Below, one piece after another: positions 13,501 through 25,928 of a DNA stretch of 64,000 nucleotides (positions are counted from its first letter, which is position 1; each line of letters starts with the position of its first letter). This DNA is from Cenococcum geophilum (taxonomy: Eukaryota): assembly GCA_050273025.1 (NCBI GenBank), contig CP158635.1, positions 14,198,001-14,262,000 on the forward strand. The letters run 5' to 3'. The notes beneath the pieces are model-generated. The model did not search any database and was not told where the DNA came from. It was given only the letters and a program-made list of their open reading frames with translations. The translations under genes were made by a program, and so were the position numbers.

Positions 13501-16140
13501 TAAACGAGCATACTTTTAACCCGAGCCTCCCCTATAATAAGGGCCTTTAGACTATAGCGAAATAGGTAATAAAAAAAAAGGCAAAGTGCCTAATAGAAGA
13601 CCTATACCTATTACCCCTACGAAGAGTAGGAGAATTATAGGCTATAAATAATAACGATAAGAAGGTAAAGATCCTTATAGAAAGGTTCTTCCCCTAACTA
13701 GCTCTAGTAGACCTTAGTAATATTACGGGCGAAACACTAGTGACTTGCCTATAGGTTAACAGCGACATAATAATAAAGGAAATGGCTAGAACTATTAGCC
13801 GCCTTTTAAATAATATAGTACTAGGATTAGATGGGATTCTAAATAAGGCCCTAAAAACCTATAGGCTACTTATAGCACCTTAGCTTATAGATATAGCTAA
13901 AGCATGCTTTACTATAGGCTACTACCCGCAACTTAGAAGATCTATAATAACGGTTGTCCTACAAAAAGAAAGTAAAGTAGATTACTTAATCCCAGGAAGC
14001 TACCGCCCTATTGCCTTAGAAAACACCCTTAGTAAGATCTTAGAAAGGGTAATAGCGGAATATATAGTAGATACGGCAGAGAAATACACCCTACTACTAT
14101 AAAGCTAAATAGGGGTAAGAAAGAACCGCTTAACACTATTAGCACTTACGCTACTCGCTGCTACTATTAAATCTATATAGGCGATGCGAAAGGACTTTAT
14201 AGTATTAATACTTAGCCTAGATATTAGTGGTGCCTATAATAATATACCCCATAAGCGTCTCCTATATATCCTTAGGGTAAAGGGCTTCCTAAAATAGATT
14301 ATATAATTTATCTAAGGGTTTATAGGCCAGAAAGAAACATTACTAGTCTTTAGCGGATACTAGAGCCCCCCTATTATAGTTACAACAGGAATACCATAAG
14401 AATTACCCCTCTCGCCTATACTCTTCCTTTTCTTTATAAGCAACCTACTTAACTTCTTTAAGGAAGGGGCGACCTAGGGGATAGGCTTTATTAATAATAT
14501 AAACCTAATTATATACGGGCTAATAGCCGCAGAGAATTACAGAACACTAGAGAAAGCTTATAACACTTATATAAAATAGGCAAAACGTTATAAAGTCTAA
14601 TTCTTACTAAAGAAATACTAGCTAATCTATTTTATAAGAAAACGTAACTAATCTATAGATCTCTAGTATATAATTCGCATCTAAGGCTTTAGGGGTTAAC
14701 TAGTTTAGGGCCTAAGGGTATTAGGAGTATGGGTAGATAGTAAGCTCTGGTAGAGCGTATATACGGCATAAGCGGCCTATAAAGGCCAAGTATAGTTTAT
14801 TACTTTATCTAGGATTGTTAATTTTATATAGGGTCTATACTTCTAGAGGTCACGCCTACTATATATAGCAGTTGTCCGGCTAACCATAATATATAGATCT
14901 AGTATTTAGGCCATTAGAGAAACTAAGAAGGGCTCCCCTAAATTACTCCTTAAACTACTTTAAAAGGTCTAAATAGCCTGCCTTTAGAGTATTATAGGTG
15001 GGTATAAGTAAACGGCCACAGTACTGCTTGAGAAGGAATCCAATATTCCCCCCCTATAGTTATATATTAAAGCCGCTATAATATAAAGGACGTAAAATAA
15101 ACGTAACTTTAATATTATAAAGTATATTAAGACACGCCTAAGTAAACTATAGAGGGACCTTAGGGTGCCCTATAGGAGAACAAACCAATAACCCTAAAGT
15201 AGGGAAGAAATATTAGAGAAACAGGTAAAGAAAGCAGAAGAAGAATGGTGCCGCTTTAGGGCCTAAGCCTATATAAAGGAGGAAGGGAAACGCGTAAGAG
15301 GTTAGTAAAGATAACAGTAAGATAGAGAAAGGACCTAAAGTAGAACATATAAGAACGCCGGAAAACCATCTACCGTAATATAATACTGGTTGGACTAACG
15401 CTAAAGAGGCGAATAGGAGTTAAAGGTATAGAGGCTAATTTAGGCAAGACAAACCTAAGCTATAGTATAGTTAATACTATAGGGGGTAAATACCTAAGGG
15501 CTCTAAGAAGGCCTAATAAAGGTAGAAAATATAATAGCAATACTTTTAAGAACAGGAATAATAGGACTAAAAGATTGGCTTTACTAGGTGGGTATCCTAG
15601 TAGGTAGCCTAAGATGTAAATATGGCTAGCTAAGACAGACACTAAAATATATAATACTGCTATACCCCCTACGCACTAATTAAGAAATAATGCTCTTAGT
15701 AGCTAGCACAGAGAACTATAATACACTGCTCTTAATATAAAAAGGCCTTAAGGCGGTCACCTAGTGGCTTATTAGTTAAAATATGCTAAATTAGTTCTGG
15801 GTTGTAAGGGAAATAGTAATAAAAGGCAAGGGGGTAAGTAGTAGGTACCCCCTAGTAACTCTATAGTAGCAGAATAATAGTTTGTAATACTAGCGCGTCC
15901 GTAGGCTTATTACGGCAGCAGTGGTTCCTAAGGAGGTTAAATAGTAAGGTAGTAGAGCACTATAGGCGACTTGTAGGCGCTAAGTAGGCGCTAAGTAGGC
16001 GAGTCCTAAAAGGCGGGGAGATAGATTACGGGGTTTTCTCATTTTTCTTAAATAGAGTTTTCTCCCTATATGTAAATAAGGAGTAGTCCGCGTGGGCCTA
16101 ATAGGGATCCGAATCGGACGTTAAGTAATAAATTATTATT
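10572..16140 (+). mobile_element. Tad1-like LINE copy B, RIP-degraded (ORF1 with three CCHC knuckles; ORF2 APE endonuclease-RT-C-terminal Cys/His motif)
   Basis: ORF1 knuckles ~11675-11850 (de-RIP CYRCMQWGHTQSVC, CGHCAGPHDTRHC). ORF2 from ~12430 with 'GDINLYY' (GDxNxHH), 'YRPIALENTLSKILERVIA' at ~14000 and 'LDISGAYNN' at ~14217; ATT tail. TSD (tt)atatctttatatt at 10557-10571 and 16139-16153. Confidence 0.92.
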
Positions 16141-19100
16141 ATATCTTTATATTATCTCTTATCTTTAGAATTATAGCTACTTATATATTTTCTTCTTACT
16201 TATTATTAGCTAGTAATAAGAATTGCGTATTATACGGACTATATATATTGCGTATAGGGGCCTAGTTTTAAAACCGGGTAGTACTCTTTTAGCCTATTTT
16301 TAATTACTGCCTAGATCTTTTCTAGTCTTTAGTTAATTTCCTTAGGGGTAGCTAATAAGCCTTACTTATTTAGTATTAGGTAAATTTCTTCTAGGTCTTA
16401 AAGTTATTATTTAACTATATTAAGGAAGCTGTCTATCTTAAGCTTTCTTATTATATATCTTTTATTATTTAGTTACGCCTTAATATCTAGATCTAGCTAT
16501 ATCTAAATAGGGATATAATCTAAGGCAAGTGCCTATTTTTCTTTAGGTTTATATCTTTTAAGTCTCTAGTATAGGCCTTTATCTATAAATATAAGGTTAA
16601 TTATACTTTTAGCGGTGCCTTATTGCTATATAATTGCTCCTAGGGGGGTGGCTAGCTTAAGGCCCCCGGTGTCTATAGCTCTTAGTAGGCACTCTACCTA
16701 TCGTTTAGCAGTAATATAAATACCCCCCTACTACGGGTGGTAGAGGTTTATATCTCCTAATAGGATAGACTCTATACCTTTGGTTTTTAGTAAGCTTATT
16801 ACTAATATAATATTCTCTATTTATAGGACCCCTTTAACCCTAGGGTTATATATATTAATAATCTATACCAGTCCCCTATATATCTAGATTATTATTACTA
16901 TAATATCTAGGTTAACTACCTACTATAATTATAAGGACAGGCTAATAGCCTTGCTAATTATAAAGTATATATATATAGCTGCTTTTAGTTTATATAGGAG
17001 CTAAAATCCTCGGGGGCAGTATATTAATTATATATAGGCATTATAATACGGCTCTTATATAGTAAGGATATAGTATTTCCCTAGGTCTAAACTGTTTAGT
17101 AAGGGCCTTATAAGACGGTGGTTTATATTGCCGCAGTTATACTATATAATGGATAAGTAGCGGACCCCTAATAAGGGTCCTTTACCTTTCCTTTATTCCT
17201 TACTTCTTCTATTTCCACTTTCTTTAGAATATTTAGAACTTCTATCTCTTATATCTACACCCTAGTTACTACTTATTTTATATAAAGCTTTTCATTTCCA
17301 TATCTTATGTTCCTACTAGCGCTTCTATATCTAAATCTATTATTATCTCTAGTTCTTCCCCTATTTTTACTAGTTAGCTATATACCCTTTAAGAGTTAGC
17401 TATAAATATTATATTTGCCGCATTAAGTCTAATTCTTAATTATCCTAGTCTTAAGCTTACTATAGCTGTCCATAAGGGTCTTCCTATAGGGCGTCCTCTC
17501 CCTTATATTCCCTATAACCCTTATATCCTTATATAGTTTAGTAATATCGCGCGGCGTCGCTTCTAGCTCGTTAAGGCTTAGGATAGCTAGCTTAGCCCCC
17601 TAGTATTAAAGGTAGGAAACGCTAGAAAGGCACCTACGCCCCCCTAGCTTATTGCCTATTATTTTCATTTATATAACCTAGTATACAGTTATTCCCGCAG
17701 CTATTAAGCCCTTACCTTCTATCTCCTATATTTAATACAGTCTTCTCTCTCCTACGCCTTATATATACTTTAGTGGCAGTTTATACATTTTATTTAGTCT
17801 TAATTTAAGCAATATCTTATATTATAGGGGCCTATATAGTAGCCGCAGCACACCTATACTACGTATGTAGATTAGGTATATCCCTATTATATATAGTAAT
17901 AGTATTATTCTAGGCGGAGTCTATAGTTATAGAGCCTTATATTGTATATAAGGCCATTTATAATAATACCTTTTTAGATAAGGAGTTTTTACATTCCTAG
18001 TATATATATACTAATAATAAGGGAGCTATACGTTTAACTAGCGCCTCCCTAGCAAGTCTCTAGCAACCCTTATATTCTTTTATTATTTTATTATATACTT
18101 AGTTTGCATTTTCCTATTATAGCCATTAAATTTAGGTAATCTTAAGTCCTGGTATAAGGCGTTCCGTTTATTTTACTATCATATATATAGTTACTATATT
18201 ATCCGCCTAGCGTCCCTTTTCTACCCTAAGGCTTAGGGAAACCGCTAAGACTTTAACTAGGTAATCTTCGCGGAGTACTTTTATACTAATATATTCTCTT
18301 AGCCTATCTCTTACCCTTATAGCTTATTCCTTTACCTATTAGTCCCTTAGGATAACTCTAATATCTCCGCTCCTAAGGTATTAGACTATAATAGCGTTAT
18401 AAACCTCTTTATAAATCTTTATAAGGATTTCTATTTCTAATTATCCCCTAAGCCCCTCTGCTTTTTCTATATTTAGTTATATTATAATTATATACCCAAA
18501 TATTGTCTTTAGGGGGGTAGGTTCCCTATATTATAGAAGCGTAGCTACAGCGGCCTAGGTGCAGTTTACTGGTAAAAAAGGGTTTTATTTATTTTTAATT
18601 TTACTTAGCTATTAGAGGATTTAATTAAGGGTTTACTAGAGGGGCGCTTAAGGTTCGCTAAACTAGCGGAGCTATTCTACTAGCTATATTAGTTTATTAT
18701 AGCTAACGGTTACTCCCCTATAACTATAGATACTAAACGCGTCTAATAGGCTTTATATTTTATTAGATGCCTTCTTAATAGAGGTCTTTCCGCTTTATAG
18801 TGTAGTATTCGCCCATTCTTATTATAGAGGGCTATTGCTAGGCGTGGTTCTAGTGGACGCACATAAGTGCGAACCACCGTCATTTGATATATATTTCCCC
18901 TGTAATACGTGCATCTTAGGGGGATTCTCTAGGTGTTTTTTTAGGGTTCTTTTGGTTGGTTTTGGTCTTTTTTGGGCCGGGTGCAGCAAGAGCTCTAGGC
19001 AGGTAGTTATACCATAAAGAATTAATTAAACTTTTCGTTACTACCCTAGGTCACTTAATAATCCTTAAATAACCCTAAATAAAGCTATATAAGGTAACTA

Positions 19101-22100
19101 TTAATTAAGATAACCTTAAGCTTCTATTTACTACCTCCCATTATAAGCAGAAGTGCCTTATAATTTACTACTTAGACCTAAAACTAAAATCTAAAAAATC
19201 TACTAGGATCCACTAGTCTAAAATTTCTATAACTATTTACCCTATACCTAAGGAATTCTACTAAATTCTACTAACGTAAGATTTCTACTAATACCCACTC
19301 TACGCCTAAGAATTCCACTAATACCCACTCTACGCCTAAGAATTCTACTAACATCCACTAAGAATCTAAAAACTCTACTAAATTCCATAAGTTATTACTA
19401 AGTACTACACCACCCTAAGCTAAGTAAAAGCTTAAGCTCTATATATAAAAATACTAAAAGGACTAGTATTCTACTATAAAAAGGATTCTTAAAGAACCTA
19501 AACCTAAATTTAATACTAACTTTATACCTAATACTAAACCTAAACCTAAATAAGAAACTATAGACAATATAAGCAAGCTTGGTACCCTAGATATCCGCAT
19601 AATTAGAGCTACCCTACTAGCGTAACTTGCTAAGAAACCCAAGTATATAATCTTCGCTATTACAATAGCCGATATTAAAAAGGCCTTAGTACTAAAGAAG
19701 TATACTAACCCTGCTATAAAGGTACTAATAAAGTATTATTATCGCCTAGATATATTCTTATAAAAAGAAGCCGATAAGCTACTAAAATACTAACTATATA
19801 ACTATAAGATTATACTTAAAGAAGAAAAGCAGCCTAGATTTAAACCCTTATACGGGATATCCTAAAATAAACTCTAAGTGCTATAAAAATATTTAGACGA
19901 GAACCTAAGTAAAGGATTTATTAGAGTAAGCTTATTGCCTATAGCTATACTAATAATCTTTGTTAAGAAACCTAGCGGCGGTCTACGCTTCTATATAGAC
20001 TACTAAGCTCTTAATACCATTACCGTTAAGAACTAATATCCGATCCCGTTAATATAAGAGACGCTAAACTAACTAAGGCTTGTTACTATATAAAGCTTAA
20101 TATTATCTCTATATTTAACCGTCTTTATATTATAAAAGGGGATAAATAGCTTACTACATTTCGTACCCGATATAGACTATTTAAGTACTTAATAATACCC
20201 TTTAGCCTTATAAACGCTCTAAGCTTGTTTTAACATTATATAAATAATACCCTACGCCCCTACCTAGACATCTTTTATACTACTTATATTAACGATATCC
20301 TAATATATAGTAATAACCTAACCGAATATTAGAAATACGTTAACCTTATCCTATAAGCCCTATACGGAGCTAGTCTATAATTAGATATAGATAAATACAA
20401 GTTTTATAAAACGGAAGTTCTATACCTTAAACTCTTTATTTTTATAAATAGTATATAAATAGACCTAAAGAAAGTTAAAGTAATTGTAAACTAGTAAGAA
20501 CCTAAGAACGTTAAGGATGTAAGAGCCTTTATAGGATTTGCTAATTTCTATTAATAGTTTATTAATAACTTCTCCACCCTGGTTTTACCCCTTATAGCTT
20601 TAACCTAAAAGGATAAAGTCTTTATCTTTAATAAGGAATATAAGAAGGCCTTTACCTATCTAAAGGTTATATTTACTACTACGCCTATACTCTAATACTT
20701 TAACCTAAACTAAATAAGTATTATAAAAGCTGACTTATCTAACTACGTTACTAAAGGTATCCTATCTTAATATAACGAGGATAGAGTATTACACCCTATA
20801 GCATACTTCTTAAAATAACTAAGCCTAGCCAAATATAACTACGAGATCTACGATAAGGAATTATTAGCTATTATTAAATATTTTAAATAATAGCGACCTA
20901 AACTAGAAGGCGCTAAATTTCTAATTAAGGTCTTTAGCGACTATAAGAACCTATAGTACTTTAAAACTATAAAATAGCTAAGTTATTATTAGGCCCGCTG
21001 GTTAGAATATTTATCTTATTTCTAATTCTTAATTATATACCGCCTAGGCGTTTAAGGTTAAAAGCCTAATACCCTAACCCAATACTCGTAAGACGCGCCA
21101 GCCCTAGAAAAAGCGCGCTCTTACTAAAATCAGACCCTACTTTGCCTTAAACTATTTAACCCTCCTACTAAAGATCTTATAGTATACGTCCTTATAATAA
21201 CTAATTAATTAATTAATTAAATTATAGTTAATAAATACCCAAATAATAAGTTTATCTAAGAGATGCTTAAGCTAATATAAGATAGCATTAAACGCTTTAA
21301 AAAGATTTCTTTAAGTAAATATAAAGCCCGCGGAAACCGCTTATATTACTAGAACCGTCTAGTTATCCCTAATTATAATAAGCTTAAGCTTAAACTCCTT
21401 AAACACGTATATAATCTACCTATCGCCGGCTACCTAGGCTAAGGAAAGACCCTAAAACTACTCTAACGGGAGTATTATTAGCTAAATATGCATAATATAA
21501 TATAAAGGTACGTCTCTAGCTACCACACCTGCCGACGAGCTAAAGCCTCGCATAAGACGTATAACGGTCTTTTAAAGCCGCTGCCTATTCTAAACCGAAG
21601 ATGGAAGAATATTTTAATTAACTTTATTATTAACCTTCTTAAGAGTAAAGGCTGCACGAATATTATAGTAGTTATAGACCGACTATCTAAAATAAGATAC
21701 TTAATTGCCTGCCCCAATATATTAACGCCTACTATCGCCTAACTATTCCTAGATTATATATAGAAACTCTATAGACTCCCTAAAACAATTATTTCCAATA
21801 AAGGCAGCTAGTTAATTTTAGCATTATAAAAAGAACTAACTACCTAACTCCATATTAAAGTACTATTATCTACTATATATTACCTAGAAATAGATAGCCA
21901 AATAAAATATATAAATGCTATAATAGAACAGTATATTCGGATATATACGTTATATTTACAGAATAACTAGATTAATTAGCTCGTATTTACTAAGTTTACC
22001 ATAAATAATTCCATCTTAGAAACTATAAAAGTCTCCCTATTCCTAGCTAATTACGGCTAGCACCTATAAATAGGGTTTAAACCCTTTAGTAATGTTCCTT

Positions 22101-23519
22101 ACCCCGCTTATTACGCCTTATAAGTTATAGAAGCAAATAAATTTATAGAGAAGATAGAGGAACTATAATAGTTCTTTACTAATAAAATCATATAGGCTTA
22201 ATCTATCTATAAAGCCGTAGCAAATAAGAAACGAACCCTAGCACCAGCTTACTAAATTAGTAATTTTGTCTAGCTAGATATAAGAAATCTAAATATAAAA
22301 CAACCTACTAAGAAACTTAATTAAAAAACGCTGGCCCTTATAAGGTTGAAAAGGTTATCTTTCCTTATGCCTACTAACTAAAGCTCCCTAATACGGTTAA
22401 AATCCACCCTATATTCTATACGTTAGTCCTCTACCCTACTACCCCTATATTAGACGCCCTACCTAAATAAATATAAGACCCTCCCCTACTAGTTAAAGTA
22501 GATAGTAAGAATAAGTACTTTATTAAAAGAATTAATAATATTAAGTATAATAAACGGAAACGCTAATATATATATCTTACGAAATAGAGAGGCTTTATTA
22601 AGTCCTTATGGGAACCCGTTAACTCTATAGGACTTATATAAGCCATAAAAGACTTTCACGAACTCTACCTAGAACTACTATAGCCCTATCTCGCAGAAGC
22701 TTAAGTTTAAAGGGGGGGTACTATTATGGGATACCCCTATAACACCTTATACACATCTACCTATTTCCACCAACTTAGCAATTAGAGACTAACCGTAAAA
22801 TAGTAATTTAACGGCAATCTAATAGCAATCTAACGGCAATCTATAGTATTCTGCTATATTCTACTAAGTTCTGCTAGGACTATAACCTAAACCCTATTCT
22901 ACTTATATACGTATTAACTAAGCAACTAAGTTAACAATATATGCCCTTTCTTCCCGTTTTCCTACCTTCTTCCCTTATATAACGTCTTAACCTCCCCATA
23001 TAGTCTATATATATAGCTTAATAATATCTACCTTACTATATATTATTATCGCTTATACTTACTCTGTAACACTTTTAAATCTAATTTTATAAATATTTTT
23101 ATACTTAACAGCCTATTAATAAGCTCCCCTATTAAGGGTAACGGGTAGTAATTTTTTATAGTAATCTTATTTAGCGCCTAATAGTTAATATAGAGGTAAA
23201 GGGTCTTGTCCTTTTTAGGTATAAATATAATTAGTGCCCCTACTATATCGGCAAAATATTGTCCCTTGTAAATGACCTTAGCTGCTAGAAGTTGGCGTCG
23301 TTGGCGGGCCATTAAGGGTATTAACCAACTTGACAAACCAGCCTATATTGAGTTCATTTAATACGCAGCCTGCGCGTAGCCTATATATAGCCTATATAAC
23401 CTACGCAACCTACATAACCTGCGCAACCTATATAACTTATAATTTTAGATAATAAAGGCTACTTTAAAGCCGTTTATAAAGCTATTAAGATAAATTGTAT
23501 ACACTTCTTTATATAATCT

Positions 23520-23935
23520 ATTATGTCTATATCTACTACCTATCTGCATTATCTACCTATCTATATTACCTACCTATCTATATTACCTACCTATCTGCAT
23601 TACCTACCTATTTATATCGCCTATCTGTCTATATTATCTACCTGTCTATATTATCTACCTATCTATATTACCTACCTATTTATATTGTCTACCTATCTAT
23701 ATCGTCTACCTATCTGCATCGCCTACCTATCTACATCGTCTACCGGTCTGTATTGTCTACCTATTTATATTACCTACCTATCTATATTACCTACCTATCT
23801 ATATTACCTACCTATCTATATTACCTACCTATCTATATTACCTACCTATCTATATCGCCTACCTATCTATATTATCTACCTATTTGTATTATCTACCTGT
23901 CTATATTGCCTACCTGTTTATATCTGCCTATAGTG
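23520..23935. repeat. Minisatellite, ~17-bp unit (tatctatattacctacc and less-RIPped variants such as tatctgcatcgcctacc)
   Basis: Direct tandem repetition; it generates the Tyr/Leu-rich spurious ORFs. Confidence 0.9.
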
Positions 23936-24149
23936 TCTAATTTAATTTAGGGGAGAGGTCGGCCCGATTAAAGGCTCTAATTAATTTGAATCGTTCTCCA
24001 TAGCCGTTCGCTGGCTATATATTTAAACAGTAGTTATTTAAGGTGCCTCCCTAGAAGGCCTTAATTCAATTTAATTTGGTAATAGGCTCTAAATTAATTT
24101 AATTAATTAATTAAATTGTTTGTGGTGTTCGCTAGCTAGTTATTTAAAC

Positions 24150-24555
24150 GGTTATTATCTAGTTCTAATAACGGTCGTCTGCTAGTTCTAGCGACAGTTA
24201 TCTAGTTCTAGTGACGGTTATCTAGTTCTAGTAACGGTTATCTAGTTCTAGCGACGGTTATCTAGTTTTGGCGACGGTCGTCTAGTTCTGGCAACAGTTG
24301 TCTAGTTTTGGTAACAGTTATCTGGTTTTGGCGACGGTTATTTAGTTCTAGCGACGTTCGTCTAGTTCTAGCGACGGTCGTAGTTCTAGCGACGGTCGTT
24401 TAGTTCTAGCGATGGTTGTCTAGTTCTGGCGACGGTCGTCTAGTTCTAGCGACGGTCGTCTAGTTTTGGCAACGGTCGTAGTTCTAGCGACGGTTATTTA
24501 GTTCTAGCGACGGTTATCTAGTTCTGGTAACAGTCGTCTAGTTTTAGTAATGGTC
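24150..24555. repeat. Minisatellite, 20-bp unit tctagttctagcgacggtcg (about 20 copies; a shorter array recurs at ~24890-24980)
   Basis: Direct tandem repetition; variants are mostly C/T and G/A. Confidence 0.92.
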
Positions 24556-24559
24556 CTCT

Positions 24560-24660
24560 CCTACCTACCTACCTGCCTGCCTACCTACTTATCTGCCTAC
24601 CTACTTATTTATCTACTTACTTATCTACCTACCTACCTACCTACCTACCTACCTACCTGC
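24560..24660. repeat. (CTAC)n microsatellite
   Basis: ctacctacctac... with RIP-type variants. Confidence 0.9.
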
Positions 24661-25089
24661 GTTAGTATCTAGTTTAATTCGGGGGAGGAGTTAGCCTAAT
24701 TAAAGGCTCTTATTAATTCGAATTGTTCTCTATAGCCGTTTGCTGGCTATATATTTAAATAGTAGTCGTCTAAGGTGCCTCCCTAGGAAGTCTTAATTTA
24801 ATTTAGTAATAGGCCGATATTAAAGCTCTAGTTTAATTTAATTAATTAATTGATTGAATTGTTTATGGTGTTTGCTAGCTAGTTATTTAAACGGTTATTA
24901 TCTGGTTCTAGCGACGGTCATCTGGTCCTGGCGACGGTCGTCTAGTTCTGGCGACGGTTATCTAGTTCTGGCGACGGTCCTCTACTGGCTGCCGTTCCAG
25001 TGCCTCCTAAGGTAGGGAGGATGTAAGGAAGGGTAAAAAATAAGGTGGCTGCAAAGGGGGTAACTTGGCAGAGGCACGTGCGGGGACCC

Positions 25090-25332
25090 GATGTAGAGCT
25101 TCATGTAGAGCCTCCGTACGCAGAGCTTCGCGCAGAGCCTCGTGCAGAGCCTCTGTACGTAGAGCTTCGTGTAGAGCTTCGTGTAGAGCTTCATGCAGAG
25201 CCTCGTGCAGAGCATCTGTACGCAGAGCTTCGTGCAGAGCCTCTGTCGCAGAGCTTCGTGCAGAGCTTCGTGCAGAGCCTCGTGCAGAGCCTCTGTCGCA
25301 GAGCTTCGTGTAGAGCTTCGTGTAGAGCCTCT
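25090..25332. repeat. Minisatellite built on a 12-bp gcagagcttcgt unit with 14/15-bp variants
   Basis: Direct tandem repetition, only partly RIPped (gcagagc vs gtagagc). Confidence 0.9.
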
Positions 25333-25928
25333 TGAGCATATAACTTAAAAATAATATATTATATTACCTTAATTGTATATTAAGGAATATATAAGTTGGT
25401 TAACTGCGTGTTATTTAACTTTTAAATATGTCAAGTTGGTTAATTGCAGGTCAATTGCAGGTTAATTGCGTGTTATTTGACTTTTAAATATGTTAAGTTG
25501 GTCGCGAAACGCGCTTAACAAAGTCGACTTGAAACCCAGCCTGCGAATATTTTCCCGATGTAGGCTTATAGAGGGCCAAATCTATCCTTAAGATTGTCTA
25601 CTATATATTAATATAATACTACTAGCTTATTTTCTAATAAGTTATATAATGGTCTAAAAGGAGGTTATTTATCCCCTATATTTATCTTATACTTAACTAA
25701 TATAGGGTTAGGTAAGGTTTATATAGCCTCTTTATTAAAAATATCCTCTAAGTCTATATATTCCTATAGAATCTCTAGTTCCTTAACTATATATAGCTAA
25801 ATATCCAAAAATAAATATCCTATATCCCCGTTCTTAGTGTTAAGAGTAGTATATATAATATATGCCCACCATTTTTCTTATATATGGTTTAAGAAAGTCT
25901 TTTAATCTTTAACTATAATACGCGGTTA

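Larger units (their letters stand above)
1510..19010 (-). mobile_element. Tad1-like LINE copy A, RIP-degraded, in three pieces (1510-2438, 8783-10571, 16141-19010) split by Gypsy G and LINE B
   Basis: Reverse complement of copies B and C throughout; (ATT)n tail at ~1505-1515. 16-bp TSD actataaagaattaat (1494-1509) / accataaagaattaat (19011-19026) with one C/T difference. Confidence 0.9.
1355..23071 (+). mobile_element. Gypsy E (chromovirus-type), RIP-degraded: protease region 1355-1509, interrupted by LINE A, then pol 19011-22700 and 3' LTR 22722-23071
   Basis: + strand remnants of RT ('[14 protein letters not shown]' ~19960; 'YLDIFYTTYINDILIYS' ~20260), RNase H ('YNYEIYDKELLAI' ~20835), integrase (~21430-22100) and chromodomain (~22510-22650). 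PPT aagggggggtac at ~22710; LTR runs tattatggg...ctgtaaca. The sequence joins across the LINE A TSD (1494-1509 / 19011-19026). Confidence 0.85.
23246..25560. mobile_element. Non-autonomous TIR DNA transposon (2.3 kb) with a 2-bp TA TSD, filled with tandem repeats; superfamily unassigned
   Basis: Left end TA|tatcggcaaaatatt (23244-23260); right end aatattttcccgatg|TA (25546-25562). Removing the element plus one TA restores the Gypsy D RT frame (de-RIP IRPSTSPAGAPI). Subterminal inverted 16-mer attaaccaacttgaca (23320-23335) / tgtcaagttggttaat (25429-25444). Confidence 0.85.

Noticed and set aside
23495..23950. Tyr/Leu/Ile-rich ORFs of 151 and 136 aa
   Set aside because: They are translations of the 17-bp minisatellite, open in several frames, with no gene-like context.
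24150..24555. Regular 20-bp array as a possible CRISPR
   Set aside because: Units are head-to-tail with no unique spacers, there are no cas genes, and the context is eukaryotic.
24982..25339. 'EALHEALH' / 'RASCRAS' repeat ORFs on both strands
   Set aside because: Products of the 12-bp minisatellite inside a non-autonomous element; unit variants follow RIP rather than codon constraints.
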